Shown one piece after another: positions 40,258 through 57,745 of a stretch of DNA of 64,000 bases. The stretch lies in NCBI RefSeq assembly GCF_009914755.1, contig NC_060932.1; one strand, given 5' to 3'. Position numbers and translations under genes: made by a program. The notes beneath the pieces are model-generated. The model searched no databases. It saw only the letters and a program-made list of their open reading frames with translations, and was not told the origin of the DNA. The DNA comes from the human T2T-CHM13v2.0 reference genome, Homo sapiens. Position 1 is the stretch's first letter; each line of letters begins with the position of its first letter.

Positions 40258-40708
40258 GTGAGATAAGAGTAGCAAGGTTCAGCTTCTGGGAAGCCTCTCA
40301 AAGATGGAGATTGGCAGGCAGTAAGTGATTAGGAAGTGCCCCTGGACTCAACACCTGTGGGAGAACATAGAGGAGCACAGAGAGCTGGACTGGGCAGGGG
40401 AAGAAGTTGAACTTCAACATCACTGCCACAACCTCCAGCTGGTCTAGAGCTAGGGTGATCTTTCACAATTGTCAGCAGTTGGGGCAAGGGGCACTGGGCC
40501 TGTATACCTCTACACTGACCAGTCCTTGGGTACAGTGTGTCCCATGATCTTCGACCAAGTAGCTCTCTTCAGCCTCAGACCGTTCCCAGAGAGGGTCTCA
40601 GCTGAGAGCTGCTGGTTGCATGTACTTTCAGAATCAGAGAGGATGAGGGCTTCTGTGCCAAGGTCAGGGTAGGAGAGAAGCTGGGCCATGCCTTAGTGTC
40701 TACTATAA
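40258..40708 (-). mobile_element. ERVL solo LTR (LTR16-like)
   Basis: ggactcaacacctgtggg...gctggactgggcaggggaagaagttgaact motifs; boundaries approximate. Confidence 0.55.
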
Positions 40709-41505
40709 AGAATAGCTACTCCCCCACACAAAAAAATCTCACTGTAATAGGTGGCTAAAATAAAACCATGGGAGTAGCTCTGGGACAAGAGATGTGAAGT
40801 CATTGAATGCCATAAAAACAACTCATGAAAACGATGTGTGATTAGGAAGGAAGCACTGGACTGAAGGATATGTCATTCTTAGAGAGTTAATAATCCTTCC
40901 ACGCATCATTCTATTAATTTCACTGTTAGTAGTATGTTGCCTTTGATTCTATGCTTAAAAATGTAAACATAGTAGATGAAGTTCACAGAACTAGAACCAA
41001 AGCTGATGTCTGCATTTGAGTTTTCAGTGTACAGTTTCCAGAGGGTAGTCATCCCACACGTAAATCTCACAGCTCAAAATTTATTCTTGGATAATGTCAG
41101 TGACCATGAAAAACAGATCTTTGCTGCTAGAGTTAATTGAGAGAGTTCAAGTCCCAATTATTTTATCAGTCATTTAGTCAGTGGCATTTATTGAGCAAAT
41201 AACCTTTTATATAAAGGTTGTAGGGCACTACCAAAGTGGAATGGCATTAATGACTACTAACATTTGGCTCATTCTTCATTCTCTATAGAACATTTTAGCA
41301 TAATTTTATCTCATTTAATGAGTTGTGTTAGTGTCCCAGTTTATAGATTAGGAAAGTGGAGTTCAGAAAAGCAAGTAACTTGCCCAAAATCAACTATTAA
41401 GGGCTATTATTACCCTAAAATTTTGCCAGGGGTCTTCCATCTGAAAGGAGTTACTGAAATGGCAAAACTATTACAGCTCTCTCGGAGATACTGTCAGAGA
41501 AAGCT

Positions 41506-41506
<1 letters not shown>

Positions 41507-41542
<36 letters not shown>
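41507..41542. repeat. (GT)n microsatellite, about 18 units
   Basis: Directly visible. Confidence 0.95.
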
Positions 41543-41544
<2 letters not shown>

Positions 41545-41736
41545 TGGTGAAACAGCCAAGTAATCCTAGACAAAGGGCACAGATAAGATGAGCAGTGTGT
41601 CCCCAAAAGGACCTCAGCTTTCAGAGGGACTCTCCTACCTAGCACCAAAACTATGGAGTAGGCTTCAAGATAAATCAGGAGTTACTGTCTTGAGTGATCT
41701 CTTTAAAGATGAGGAATTTAGCAGTGACTCCAAATA

Positions 41737-42065
41737 CAGTCATCCTTCAGTATGCACAGTACTTGATTCCAACCCTCCCTCTCCCTCCACAGGTAACAAA
41801 ATCTGCAGATGCTCAAGTCCCTTATATGAAACAGCATAGTATTTGCATATAACCTATGCACACCCCCCTTATACTTTAAATCATCTCTAGATTCCTTATA
41901 ATACCTAATACAATGTAAATGTTATGTAAACATGTCATACCATATTTTTTAATTTAATTTTTTATTGTTGTATTGTTATTTTTTCTTGCTTTTTTCCCAA
42001 ATATTTTTCATCTGTAGCTGGTTGAATCCTTGGATGCAGAACCCATGGGTACAGAGGGCTGACTG
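41737..42065. mobile_element. MER2 (TcMar-Tigger MITE)
   Basis: TIRs cagtcatccttcagtat / tacagagggctgactg flanked by TA on both sides; core gatgctcaagtcccttatat. Confidence 0.9.
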
Positions 42066-44220
42066 TATGAAGCTGTGGGAGGTAATAAAGCCTAGGGTGG
42101 TTTAAATCTTATTTAGCTCAGATGGACCCTCTCTTTCTGCATGAGTGAGTCCCTTTGACATCTTTTCTCACTTCCTCACTATGTTCTTCAGCTAATCATT
42201 TTTGGGGACTGAAGCTTGAGCTATTTACCAGTAGGGTGATTTGGCTGAAGATTTGTTATCCCTGGAACGTTTTTCTTGAGATGGCCCCTCTCTGTTGCAT
42301 ACAGGCTTAATAAAGTTGTCTAAGCCCACCTAGTTATCTTGTCCTGATTTTACATGCAGGAACCATCTCCCGTCCATTAACTTCATCAAGGAATTCCCTC
42401 CCATACATGGTCCAATCCAGTTTATCTGATAGAATGTAAAGTCAGAGTAATGACAGATGACATTAGAAGGCATTTAAGCTAGATCTCACTCATGGAGAGA
42501 AGATTAATAACATTGGAGACACTCTGCCTGGGCAGAAGTAAATCTCACTGGCAGGTTGTGCAAGTGTCTGTAAAGATGGAAGTGAGGGAGGTGTTTTTCC
42601 AACCTGCTGTAAGTTTGGGTGTAGTGTAGTGGTAGGGTAGCTCAGTAGACAGGAGGAACTCACTCAAAATTTGTTGGCTGGTGGAGGAAGACAATCAAGC
42701 CAACTAAACCACAGCATCTGGAGAATATGGGTGTCCATGGATCTTAAGAGACACCAGAGTTGGTTTGTGTGACATGTGTAGCATGAGAATGAAGTGATTG
42801 TTACCAGGGTGTCTGATAGCAGATAATGGCACCCCAAGCACCCTCAATGGGAGAACTGAGAGTGCAAACAAGAGGCTCAGTTTGTAAAGACCTGAGGTGC
42901 TATGCAGGTTGTTCAGACAGGTTCAGACTTATAGAGACAAGAAGAGGACCAGGTTCCTGATTGTGCTACTATATGGAGAGTTGGTTACAGGACTAGGGCA
43001 GAAGGCCCATTCCTAGATCTGAGGCTCCTCTATTAGAAGGAGCCAACAGCAGACCTGGCTAGGGAGGGAAAGATGGCAAACAGCGACTCCCAGAGAAGGC
43101 CCCTCCAGGGCCAAGGCAAAACTGAAAGACTGTGAAGAAGCCTGCATCTGGTCAGCATAGAGTGCAGGTATCTGTTGAAATGAGTCTAAAACCCTTCTGA
43201 AGAAAGACTCTGATCCTTCCCTCCTCTCACTAAACTCAGCCAAAGTCCAGAGTTTCCACAATTAAAAATAATTGCTACAAATAATTGTAGCACTGTTCTA
43301 ATAGCTAAATATTGATACTTGGTTATAGATCTGTTGATGGAAGTGCATCATGGATTTTGGCTCAGAGTGTTGGTTTCAAACCATCAAATACAACATTTTT
43401 AAAAAGTAAAAAAATATAAGTGTAGTCCACAGTGACCCATATTAAATAAAATGCCTTTTCTTTAAGGTGACTGTGAATTGTTCAGGCATCAGGATTGCTG
43501 TTTAATTTCCCCAGAAAGGTAAATTACCAGTTAGTGTCATGGTGCCAGGTTTTTCCTCATGCATATAGGCACAGGGATTTATAGCTTTTTACAAAACCAT
43601 TTCTGGAGTCTTATTGTTTCTATCTATGCACACTGCTGTGCTGAACACTCCATGAGTTAGGAAAATAAACATGACTGGTCTTTTCATTGTCTCACATATA
43701 ATAAAAAATATGCTGATAATTTTTGTGTACTATAAAATCCCCTTTGAAGAATAGGGATGGGCAAAGTTGCCACAAATTTCTTAAAAATAACAATTGGGCC
43801 TTATTGCTTTAAATCACATACTTCTCAAAAACATATTTCCAGAAATTAACCTGCTTTAACCTACCCACAGTCCCAGCCTCTGTTCATGAATCTGTTTGTT
43901 AAGGGTTTGTGCTGCTCATTGCCTGACTGGTTCTCTGCTGAATTGCTCTTCTGTTTTGCTGCCTACTTCCTGTGATCAGCTCTGGGACTTCTTTGTTAAA
44001 TACCAACCTTGTACTCCATTCTGCATATTACCTTGTAAAAGTTGGTGCTTTCCAATTAGTACTTAATGGGATACGTAGGAACCACGAGAGGTTATTTAAT
44101 CTCAAACCTTGCCTTCATAAGGCAGAAGTAAACCATCCCAGAGAGGTAAGAACCTGAATTACAAAGACATCCAGAGAAAGTAATTTCACAACTTTCCTTA
44201 TAACCGACTTTAATGTTTAA

Positions 44221-44256
44221 AAAATAATAACCCTCACAAAAATAATAACCCTCACA
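44221..44256. repeat. 18-bp tandem duplication
   Basis: aaaataataaccctcaca twice, perfect. Confidence 0.92.
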
Positions 44257-44825
44257 GACAAAAAGTGGCTCTGCTTAAAATCTTTAATTTAGGTTCCTCA
44301 TGCTGCAATTTAAATTCTTCTTGGGAGCCCAGAGAAGATGAAAAATAGTTGGTGGATGCCTTTATGTTCCAAAGGAACCTCCTAATTGTCCCCATATTTC
44401 GCTTCTCCTTTAACGACCTGATCATTGATCTGCAAGCATAGCTTTTTGTTTGGTTGGGTTCCTTGGGTCTTTTCTTTAATCTCCATTTCCACAGAGCCTC
44501 AAATGGAACAAAAGGAGGCATGGTGTGTCAGTGATATGAGCTAGACAGTATCAGAAGGCCTGACCCCACTCCCACAAACACATGCTTCAGGGGAGCATTC
44601 ATCTCCACACATACGGAAGTCCTGCCAACATTCAACACCCATAAAGAGGCTATCCAGAACTCAAAAACGAAAAGTGGCACACTGTCTAAATAAGAAAACA
44701 GAACGTGAGTAAGGTTTAACGTTTTTCCTGCTCACAGTGTTGTTGCTGTTCTTTTCTAATTTTCCTAATCATCTAGATATGATTTGGGAAATACACACTT
44801 TTGCTTTCAAGGAAATCATCAATTA

Positions 44826-45270
44826 AGGTATCAGCCAGCAGGAAACAGACCACAGAACACATTCGCATTAGGGTAATTTGAGGGCAGTGCAAAAAAAGGG
44901 ACCTTTTACAAAGGTGGAGAGGGAGAGGGGAGCCCCAAGAGGTGGTGTTTAGTTGCTCTCTTCCTACCCCAAGGCCTGAAGAGTTGAGGAAACCAGAACC
45001 CAGCCACAGAAGGACTGTGTATAGAGAGGCCCAGACAGGAGCTGAGACCTGGGGCCATGGAGGCATCCAGACCAATGTGACACCATAGCCCACTGCAGCC
45101 AGTCTCTCCCCAGCACACCCAGTGGCTAACCAACAGGATGCTGGAGTGCAAAGGAACCTGCTGCTGTGGTCCAGTCCAGGTAGCCTTCCAGGGCCAGAGC
45201 AAGATATCGGGAAGGGTGGGGAGAGAACTTGGGGAGCAAATGAAAGATTTCCAGCACAGATGGTAAGAAG
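44826..45270 (-). mobile_element. ERVL solo LTR (LTR41/LTR33-like)
   Basis: ccagcaggaaacaga...agggtaatttgagg...aaagggaccttttacaaaggtg; boundaries approximate. Confidence 0.55.
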
Positions 45271-46359
45271 AAATGTGGCTTCTTATGAGAATTTGTGTTC
45301 TCTATTTGGCTTAGTTTCTTTTTTTCTTTGGAAAGGACATTATTTCAACAGTGCAATTGTTGGACAAACAGCTAAGCGCTCGTGGAGGTGAATCTGCAAT
45401 TTTGTTCTAATTTGCTGAGATCATCCAAAATGACTTATCCTAGTACAATAAGGAATCAATAGTTGACTATGGTCTGGAAGTTGCCATTGATTTCAGAGAA
45501 TGCCATCTTCTGGTGCATTATCTTAGAGTGAATGCTTCTCTCATCAAGGGTTGAAACAAGCCTCAAATCTCCCTGCAAGCTTTTCTGTACCAGTGTTAAT
45601 TATTCAGACATTTTACCCTTTAACAGTGGAAAGAGTGATTACTTTTCAGTCTTTGATTTCAGTATCTCCATGAGTCTGCCTGTTCCTCACTCCCCTCAGC
45701 CAAGAATCAAATGCAGACTTGTTTTATGTCAGTCTTGTGGTTAAATATCTTTCCTAGTTCCTACCTTTGAAACTCACAATAATGTCTTTTTGCCTCTATT
45801 TTTTCTTAATAATGGGAGCAATATGTTTCCAAAGTCTGACACAGTTTAAAGAATGAGAATCTGGCATAAGGTTATTCTTATTCCTATCCTATTTTTATCT
45901 GCAGCCTTAGTTACATGAGAGATTTTAGAAATCAAACTCTCTCCCAGGATCCCCTTTCTACCTTGTGGACATCAATAGCCAAACATGTAACTTGGCTATA
46001 TATCCTGCCAGATTGTTAAGGAGTCACTAATAAAAAATGGCAGGCACTGAAAAAAGAGACACATCGTTCACCCTTTGATAATACTGCTCTAAGTACTAAC
46101 ATTATTTACTTCCCCTTTACATATTTTCATCAAGCAGCCAGCTGTTTGAGCCTAACCTCTTCAGTTAAATGTATCTAGAAGAACAGAAATAAGATTTTTT
46201 CTTCAGAAAGAAAAACAAAAGTAAAAGAAAAATCTCCCTAAGCTGTCTCTATCACTTTCTCTGTGAAACAAAAAATTTTTAAATTTACATTGGCATGTGG
46301 TAAGGACAAGAGAAGATTCTCAAAACAAAATTTCTAACTGTGAAATTTGGCTAGCCTTC

Positions 46360-46786
46360 TGTATTAGACCATTTTTGCATCACTATAAAGGTATACCTGA
46401 GACTGGGTAATTTATGAAGAAAGAGATTTAATTGGCTCACAGTCCTGCAGGCTGTACAGGAAGCACGGTGCCGGCATCTGCTTGGCTTCTAGGGAGGCCT
46501 AGGGGAATTTTTGCTCATGGCAGAAGGTGAAGCGGGAGCAGGTGTGTCACATGGCAAGAAAGAGAGTGAGAAAATGAGAGGAGAGATGCCATACACTTTT
46601 AAATAACCAGATTACTCTTCAACTAACTGAGTGAGAACTCACTTATCACCTCAAGGAGATGGTGCTAAGCCATTCATGAGGGATCCACCCCGCTGATTCA
46701 GTCACCTCCCACCAGGCCCCACCTGCAGCCCTGGGGATTACATTTCAACATGAGAGTTGGAGGGGACAAACATCCAAACCATATCA
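46360..46786 (-). mobile_element. MST (MSTA/B-like) solo LTR
   Basis: tgtattagacc...catccaaaccatatca, 427 bp; perfect 5-bp TSD ccttc (46355-46359 and 46787-46791). Confidence 0.93.
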
Positions 46787-47954
46787 CCTTCTTAAATAAC
46801 CAGATTCTTGCAGTCTCCAAGCTTTCTTGTCAAGCATGGCTCTGTTTCATGATAATGAAGCCACTAAGTTACTATGTACCCGAATGTACAGATGTTTCTT
46901 CCAAAGATGCTTCTTAGAGCTGAGTGGTTGCACAGTCATGGGAAATGCCTGGCCTGATCCTGAATGAAGCTGTAAAGTAGGGGCTGTTGACTTTGTCACC
47001 TCCTGCATTTTCAGTAACCCATACCCCAGGTGTCCATGGCCTTCAGTCTGCACTTCCCAGTCCGGGGAGCCTATTGAACCACTCCCCATCATCCATCAAG
47101 ACATCGTTATCCTGCGTGCCCATGTTCTCAGGACCATGTTAGCTGGCAGATATTTTAGGGAAATAAGGAATAAATTTTCAACCATCCATGAGTGAGCTAT
47201 TTAAATTTTATAAGGGCTTCTCAGAGACCCTAACACAAAGGAACATTGGTGTTTTAAGGGCAGTTATGCCATCTGGGCCCCTTCAAATCACATGCCAAAA
47301 GATGTGGCTAATACTTTGCAATTCTACTTTATTTCTCATATATCATCTCTTTCAAATCATATAATAATCCCCAAATAGGAAAGTAATACTTGAAAATGAT
47401 AAATACTTCAACTAAAGACACCAATTAGAGCCAAAAATGAGGCCTTAGTTATCGTGCATGCTCTGCATATATATATATATATATAAAACTAAAGAAGGGT
47501 ATGTGTGTTTGCGTATGTGTGTGTTGAGGAAGAGCAAAAACTAAAGGAAAAGTGGATAGGAAGAGCAAGCAGGCCCATGTACCTCAGTAATGGCAACAGT
47601 CAGCCTCACACTGAGCTGACTTACCAGTGGCCTGGCTACAGTATCCCGGACCCAATCACATAGTGAAACTACCCAGGACTCTTCAGTATGGCCAGAGATG
47701 CTGTATTATGTATTACGTTACCTCCTTGGTTAGATACAAAGAAAAATTTCTTAAGATGTTATTAAACCTCCAAATATACTTCTGAAAATCTCTAGATACT
47801 TTAGAAAGAAATTTAAATTTCATCTTAAAATGAAAGTACAGGTTTTCCTCAATGGGAAACAATGGATTAGAAGGCCTCTCAAGGCTATTTAAGTGGATGG
47901 AGAAGTCAGAGTGCTATTTCCTCTTTATTCGTTCATCAATATTATGAACTTCAT

Positions 47955-48370
47955 CGATCAACATAGGCTAAGTTATGCTAGTGACAAACAATACCAAAAT
48001 CCCGGCAGTCTGTGATGGCAAGGATTTGTTTCTTGCTCTTGTGTCCATCAATGATGCTGAGCAGAGGGGCTCTTCTGAGCATCGCTCTCACTGCAGGACC
48101 CTGACTGATGGAGCGCCAGTATCTAGAAAGTTGCTGATTCTCATGGCAGAGGAAAAGACAGCTGAATAAGGTCTTGGACTGACAATTGATTACTCTGGAC
48201 CAGAAGTGGTACCTTTTGCTTCCACACAAAACTACTTGGCCAGAGCATCTGCATAGCCCAACACAACCATGGGCAGGCCAGGAAGTGCAATACTGCCATG
48301 TGCCCAGGTGGCAAATACTCCCAAGAGCCAGAAGTATCTGTGAGCAGCACTCGTGACTCCCATGCCATGC
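47955..48370 (-). mobile_element. Old MLT1-family LTR
   Basis: taggctaagttatgctagtgacaaacaataccaaaatccc...ttggccagagc. Confidence 0.55.
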
Positions 48371-48535
48371 CTGCATGCGCCAGGCCTCCTACAAGGTCCA
48401 GGCTCACTGTCTCTCCCGCTGTGGCCTGTGCATTCACACTGAAGAGTCTATCTATAAACTGGGAACTTCAGTAACATTTAATAAGGTCTGCAATAAAGGA
48501 TACACAAGAGCATATAGGAGGGAAACCCTTGCTCA

Positions 48536-49011
<476 letters not shown>

Positions 49012-49686
49012 AAAAAGTGAATTAACTTGCCTTCTGTCCTAATGGATTACTTATTTAATATGTTACTTATTCTAAATGTATGCTCAAATATCCTTTTAAT
49101 TTGCCTTCATTTAATGATGACCACTTTCTATAAAAGAAAAAGCACATAATTGGTAATAGATATTTTATCTTGTAGACTCATATGAGCAAGCTCAGTGTAG
49201 AAAGAGAAGGCAATGAGGTGATAGGAAGAGAGGAAAGGAAAAGGGAGAGAAGAAGGAGCATATTTTTAAGGACATGCCAGGTGCCACATCAGGCTGTAAG
49301 GCCTACCCCCAGTCTTACTGGTGGAATAGATAGTAGTGTCTTACTCACAGGTTCCTATTTCACTGGAAGGTTTCTTACCCTCTTTTATCTTATGATATGC
49401 TTTTTGTTTTGAAGAAAGTTGGCCTGGTGGCATAATTCAGAAGGCCAAACTCCTCTATGGGCTGGTCCTGTGACCTGGGCTAACTTTTAGTTGGATAATG
49501 TGGTTTTCTTTGGTAACAATTATGTAACAGGAGCTATCACTGACTGGATGCTTATTAAATGCCACAGTCAGTGGTCCAAGCTTTACATGTGTTATAGTTT
49601 AATGTGCTTCAATATTCTTACATTTAATAACGACTTTGTCATAAAGTTATTCATTTTGACAATAAATCTTTAAGGTGAGTATTGTT

Positions 49687-50713
49687 GGCTCTTGAGCCAA
49701 GATGGCCGGATAGGAACAGCTCCAGTCTACAGCTCCCAGCATGAGCAACACAGAAGACAGGTGATTTCTGCATTTCCAACTGAGGTACTGGGTTCATCTC
49801 ACTGAGGAGTGCTGGGCAGTGGGTTCAGGACAGTGGGTGTAGTGCACTGTGCATGAGCCAAAGCAGGGCGAGGCATCACCTCACCTGGGAAGTGCAAGGG
49901 GTCAGGGAATTCCCTTCCTAGTCAAAGAAAGGGGTGACAGACGGCACCTGGAAAATTGGGTCACTCCCACCCTAATACTGCACAATTCCAACGGGCTTAA
50001 CAAATGGCACACCAGGAGATTATATCCCACACATGGCTTGGAGGGTCCTACGCCCACGGAGCCTCACTCGTTGCTAGCACAGCAGTCTGAGATAAAGCTG
50101 CAAGGCGGCAGCAAGGCTGGGGGAGGGGCGCCCGCCATTGCCCAGGCTTGAGTCGGTAAACAAAGTGGCCAGGAAGCTCAAACTGGGTGGGGCCCACCAA
50201 AGATCAAGGAGGCCTGCTTGCCTCTGTAGGCACCACCTCTGGGGGCAGGGCACAGACAAACAAAAGACAGCAATAACCTCTGCAGACTTAAATGTCCCTG
50301 TCTGACAGCTTTGAAGAGAGTAGTGGTTCTCCCAGCACGCAGCTTGAGATCTGAGAACGGGCAGACTGCCTCTTCAAGTGGGTCCCTGACCCCCAAGTAC
50401 CCTAACTGGGAGGCACCCCCCACTAGGGGCCAACTGACACCTCACACGGCCAGGTACTTCTCTGAGACAAAACTTCCAGAGAAACGATCAGGCAGCAGCA
50501 TTTGCGGTTCACCAATATCCACTGTTCTGCAGCCACCACTGCTGATACCCAGGAAAACAGGGTCTGGAGTGGACCTCCAGCAAACTCCAACAGACGTGCA
50601 GCTGAGGGTCCTGACTGTTAGAAGGAAAACTAACAAACAGAAAGGACATCCACACCAAAAACCCCTCTGTACATCACCATCATCAAAGACCAAAGGTAGA
50701 TAAAACCGCAAAG
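49687..50713 (+). promoter_or_regulatory. L1 5'UTR internal sense and antisense promoters
   Basis: YY1 site CAAGATGGCCG at 49698-49708; UTR ~1.03 kb; many CpGs decayed. Confidence 0.85.
50064..50138 (-). pseudogene. L1 ORF0, truncated after 24 codons
   Basis: MAGAPPPALLPPCSFISDCCASNE then TGA (50066-50064). Confidence 0.8.
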
Positions 50714-51727
50714 ATGGGGAAAAAACAGAGCAGAAAAACCAGAAACTCTAAAAATCAGAGTGCCTCTCCTCCTCCAAAGGAACGCAGCTCCTCACCAGCA
50801 ATGGAACAAAGCTGGATGGAGAATGACTTTAACAACTTGAGAGAAGAAGGCTTCAGGAGATCAAACTACTCCGAGCTAAAGGAGGAAGTTCGAAACAATG
50901 GCAAAGAAGTTAAAAACTTTGAAAAAAAATTAGATGAATGAATAACTAGAATAACCAATGCAGAGAAGTCCTTCAAGGACCTGATGGAGCTGAAAACCAC
51001 AGCACAAGAACTACATGATGAATGCACAAGCCTCAGTAACCGATGCAATCAACTGGAAGAAATTGTATCAGCAATGGAAGACGAAATGAATGAAATGAAG
51101 CGCGAAGAAAAGTTTAGAGAAAAAAGAATGAAAAGGAACAAACAAAGCCTCCAAGAAATATGGGACTATGTGAAAAGACCAAATCTACGTCTGATTGGTG
51201 TACCTGAAAGTGATGGGGAGAATGAAACCAACTTGGAAAACACTCTGCAGGATATTATCCAGGAGAACTTCCCCAATCTAGCAAGGCAGGCCAACATTCA
51301 AATTCAGGAAATACAGAGAATGCCACAAAGATACTCCTCGAGAAGAGCAACTCCAAGACACATAATCAGATTCACCAAAGTTGAAATGAAGGAAAAAATA
51401 TTAAGGGCAGACAGAGAGAAAGGTCAGGTTACCCACAAAGGGAAGCCCATCAGACTACCAGCGGATCTCTCAGCAGAAACTCTACAAGCCAGAAGAGAGT
51501 GGGGGCCAATATTCAACATTCTTAAAGAAAAGAATTTTCAACCCAGAATTTCATATCCAGCCAAATTAAGCTTCATAAGTGAAGGAGAAATAAAATACTT
51601 TACAGACAAGCAAATGCTGAGAGATTTTGTCACCACCAGGCCTGCCCTACGAGAGCTCCTGAAGGAAGCACTAAACATGGAAAGGAACAACCGGTACCAG
51701 CCACTGTAAAAACATGCCAAATTGTAA
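50714..51727 (+). pseudogene. L1 ORF1p, disrupted
   Basis: MGKKQSRK...; in-frame TGA at 50939-50941, same frame continues to a premature TAA at 51707-51709; one codon missing at RHII-RFTK. Confidence 0.95.
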
Positions 51728-51775
51728 AGACCATCAAGGCTAGGAAGAAACTGCATCAACTAACAAGCAAAATAA

Positions 51776-55617
<3,842 letters not shown>

Positions 55618-57359
55618 ACAACGAGAACACATGGACACAGGAAGGGGAACATCACACACCAGGGATGGTTGTGGGGTGGGGGAGGGGGGAGGGATAGCAT
55701 TAGGAGATCTACCTAATGCTAAATGATGAGTTAATGGGTGCAGCACACCAACATGGCACATATAGACATATGTAACAAACCTGTACGTTGTGCGCATGTA
55801 CCCTAAAGCTGAAAGCATAATAATAATAAAATAAAATAAAAACAGGTGAGTATTGTTATGGGGTTCCTCCCCTCTTTCTTCTGAATAAGAAAACCGAGGT
55901 TTAGAGAATACTATGGGAATAAATTGGCCGAGTCATAAGGTGAGATTTTTTTCCCCCACCTTTTGGTAGATCTGAATACTTACCCCAAATGTCAAGATAA
56001 GGGTTATGGCAAATAGTAGTAACAAGAGACTTTAGAAAACATCTGAAGAAAACATCTGAAGAGAGGCAACAGTGTTTTTTTTTTGTTTTGTTCTTTTGCT
56101 TTGTTTTTTTGTTTGTTTGTTTGTTTTTGCTGGTAAGTTAGACCTGGAATCAAGTCTAACCTTGCAATGGGAATACATGGAATATTCTCTCTAATCACTG
56201 TTTTAAACTCCTTTTGATATTTCCCTCGACCTGCACATAACCCATGGTATTAGCCACATCTATAAGGAAAAACTCAGCTCCCATTAAATCCTGACTTTTC
56301 CATGTTCTTGTGGAAATAGTGGAAGCACTGGGAAGATATGGCCCTGCTCTCTTAGTCTCTGAAACTCAATTTTCTTGGGAACAACAAGCATAAAACAATC
56401 TACTTTGTCTATCTTTTAATGTACAGAGAATAGTGACATTCCTTTCATCTCAGATCTTTCCTGCTGAAAATATCCTGTTGTGTTTATTGCTAAATAGATT
56501 TCTTTAGCAATTAGGCACTTACCAATTTAGTATGCCAAGTGGCTAGCGTTTTCATATGTATATTAAAAAAAACTCTAGATTACCTCTTACTTTTCTATCT
56601 GCCTAAGTCATTATAAATGTCCTCCTATTGGTTTCCTTTTAATTTAAAAGTAGAAAAAAGCTTCTGGGCCTGAAGGTTCCACACTTTCCTCCTTTGCTCT
56701 GCTCCCTCACCATCTACCAGGGAGGCATCATGAGCAGGGAGTGGCATTTGGCACTTGCAGTACTTTAGTGGCTTAAAAAAAATAAAACAAAACAAAAGAA
56801 TGAAAAAAGAATATTTGATTGTAATTGAAAAACAATGAGCCAAAAAGACAAAAGGAAAATCCTAGGAAAAATGAATTTCATAAGAAAATATAACAGGAAA
56901 AAAAAGATGGTTAAGAAACAGATGGTAAGATGGCCAGTCTTTCCTGTCTGTATTCTGAAGAAAACCCTCAGAGGCTCTGAAGCATTCATGATGGTGCTCC
57001 TTGATGTCTATGAAAAATGGAGCCCAAAGCAGTTAATGACCAAGCCTGGGCTAATTACCCATTTTATCTCCCTGCACGTTTCAGTCTCGCATCAACACAC
57101 TGTACCATAAGTTTTTAAGTATATATTTATGCTGTCTTCTTCAGAGATGAGCTGTTAGCCACTGAACTCCAAACATGACTAAGTCCCGATCTCTCAAGGT
57201 ACACTGATATCTTGGTGCTTGGAAGGAGATATATTAGCCGGTCAGTTTACTGAGACTCAGTTTGGAGGTGTCAAAAAGCAAGAGATAATGGTCATGTATA
57301 GAAGACATGTATTCTTCTTTCCATTTCCTCATCTGTTCTGGAGAAAACCTCTCTGCATC

Positions 57360-57745
57360 TTAGTCCTTGCTGTTTTGCTGTAATTCTTCACCTGACAGTG
57401 GTTTCTCTAAATTTCCCTCAGAGTGTGTCTTCCCCAATTTCTTTAAACTCATCTTCAAAAGGAATCTTTCTTTCAAAAGCCCTTCATGGTCAAGTTTATC
57501 TCCTTGCAAAACTTTTCCCGACTCTCCACACTCTTCCCATCATATTTGTTTCCTCACTGTAGTCACATTTTCTGTTTACCTCTCTTGTCACCTTCATCAT
57601 AGTGCATTACACTTAGTTGTCTGCACTCTCTCCCCTACTCAGTCATGGGTCCATTCATCTTGGTGTCCCCAGGGCCCAGCACAGTGACTAGCACATAGTA
57701 GACACTTGATAAAAACTAGTTGAATGAGTGAATGAACATAATGAA
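57360..57745 (+). mobile_element. L2 3' end
   Basis: gcccagcacagtgactagcacatagtagacacttgataaaaactagttgaatgagtgaatgaa. Confidence 0.8.

Noticed and set aside
47619-47627. Other consensus donors (also near 8530, 17372, 32073, 56520, 59303)
   Set aside because: No convincing upstream acceptor, or they lie within MIR/L2; expected by chance.
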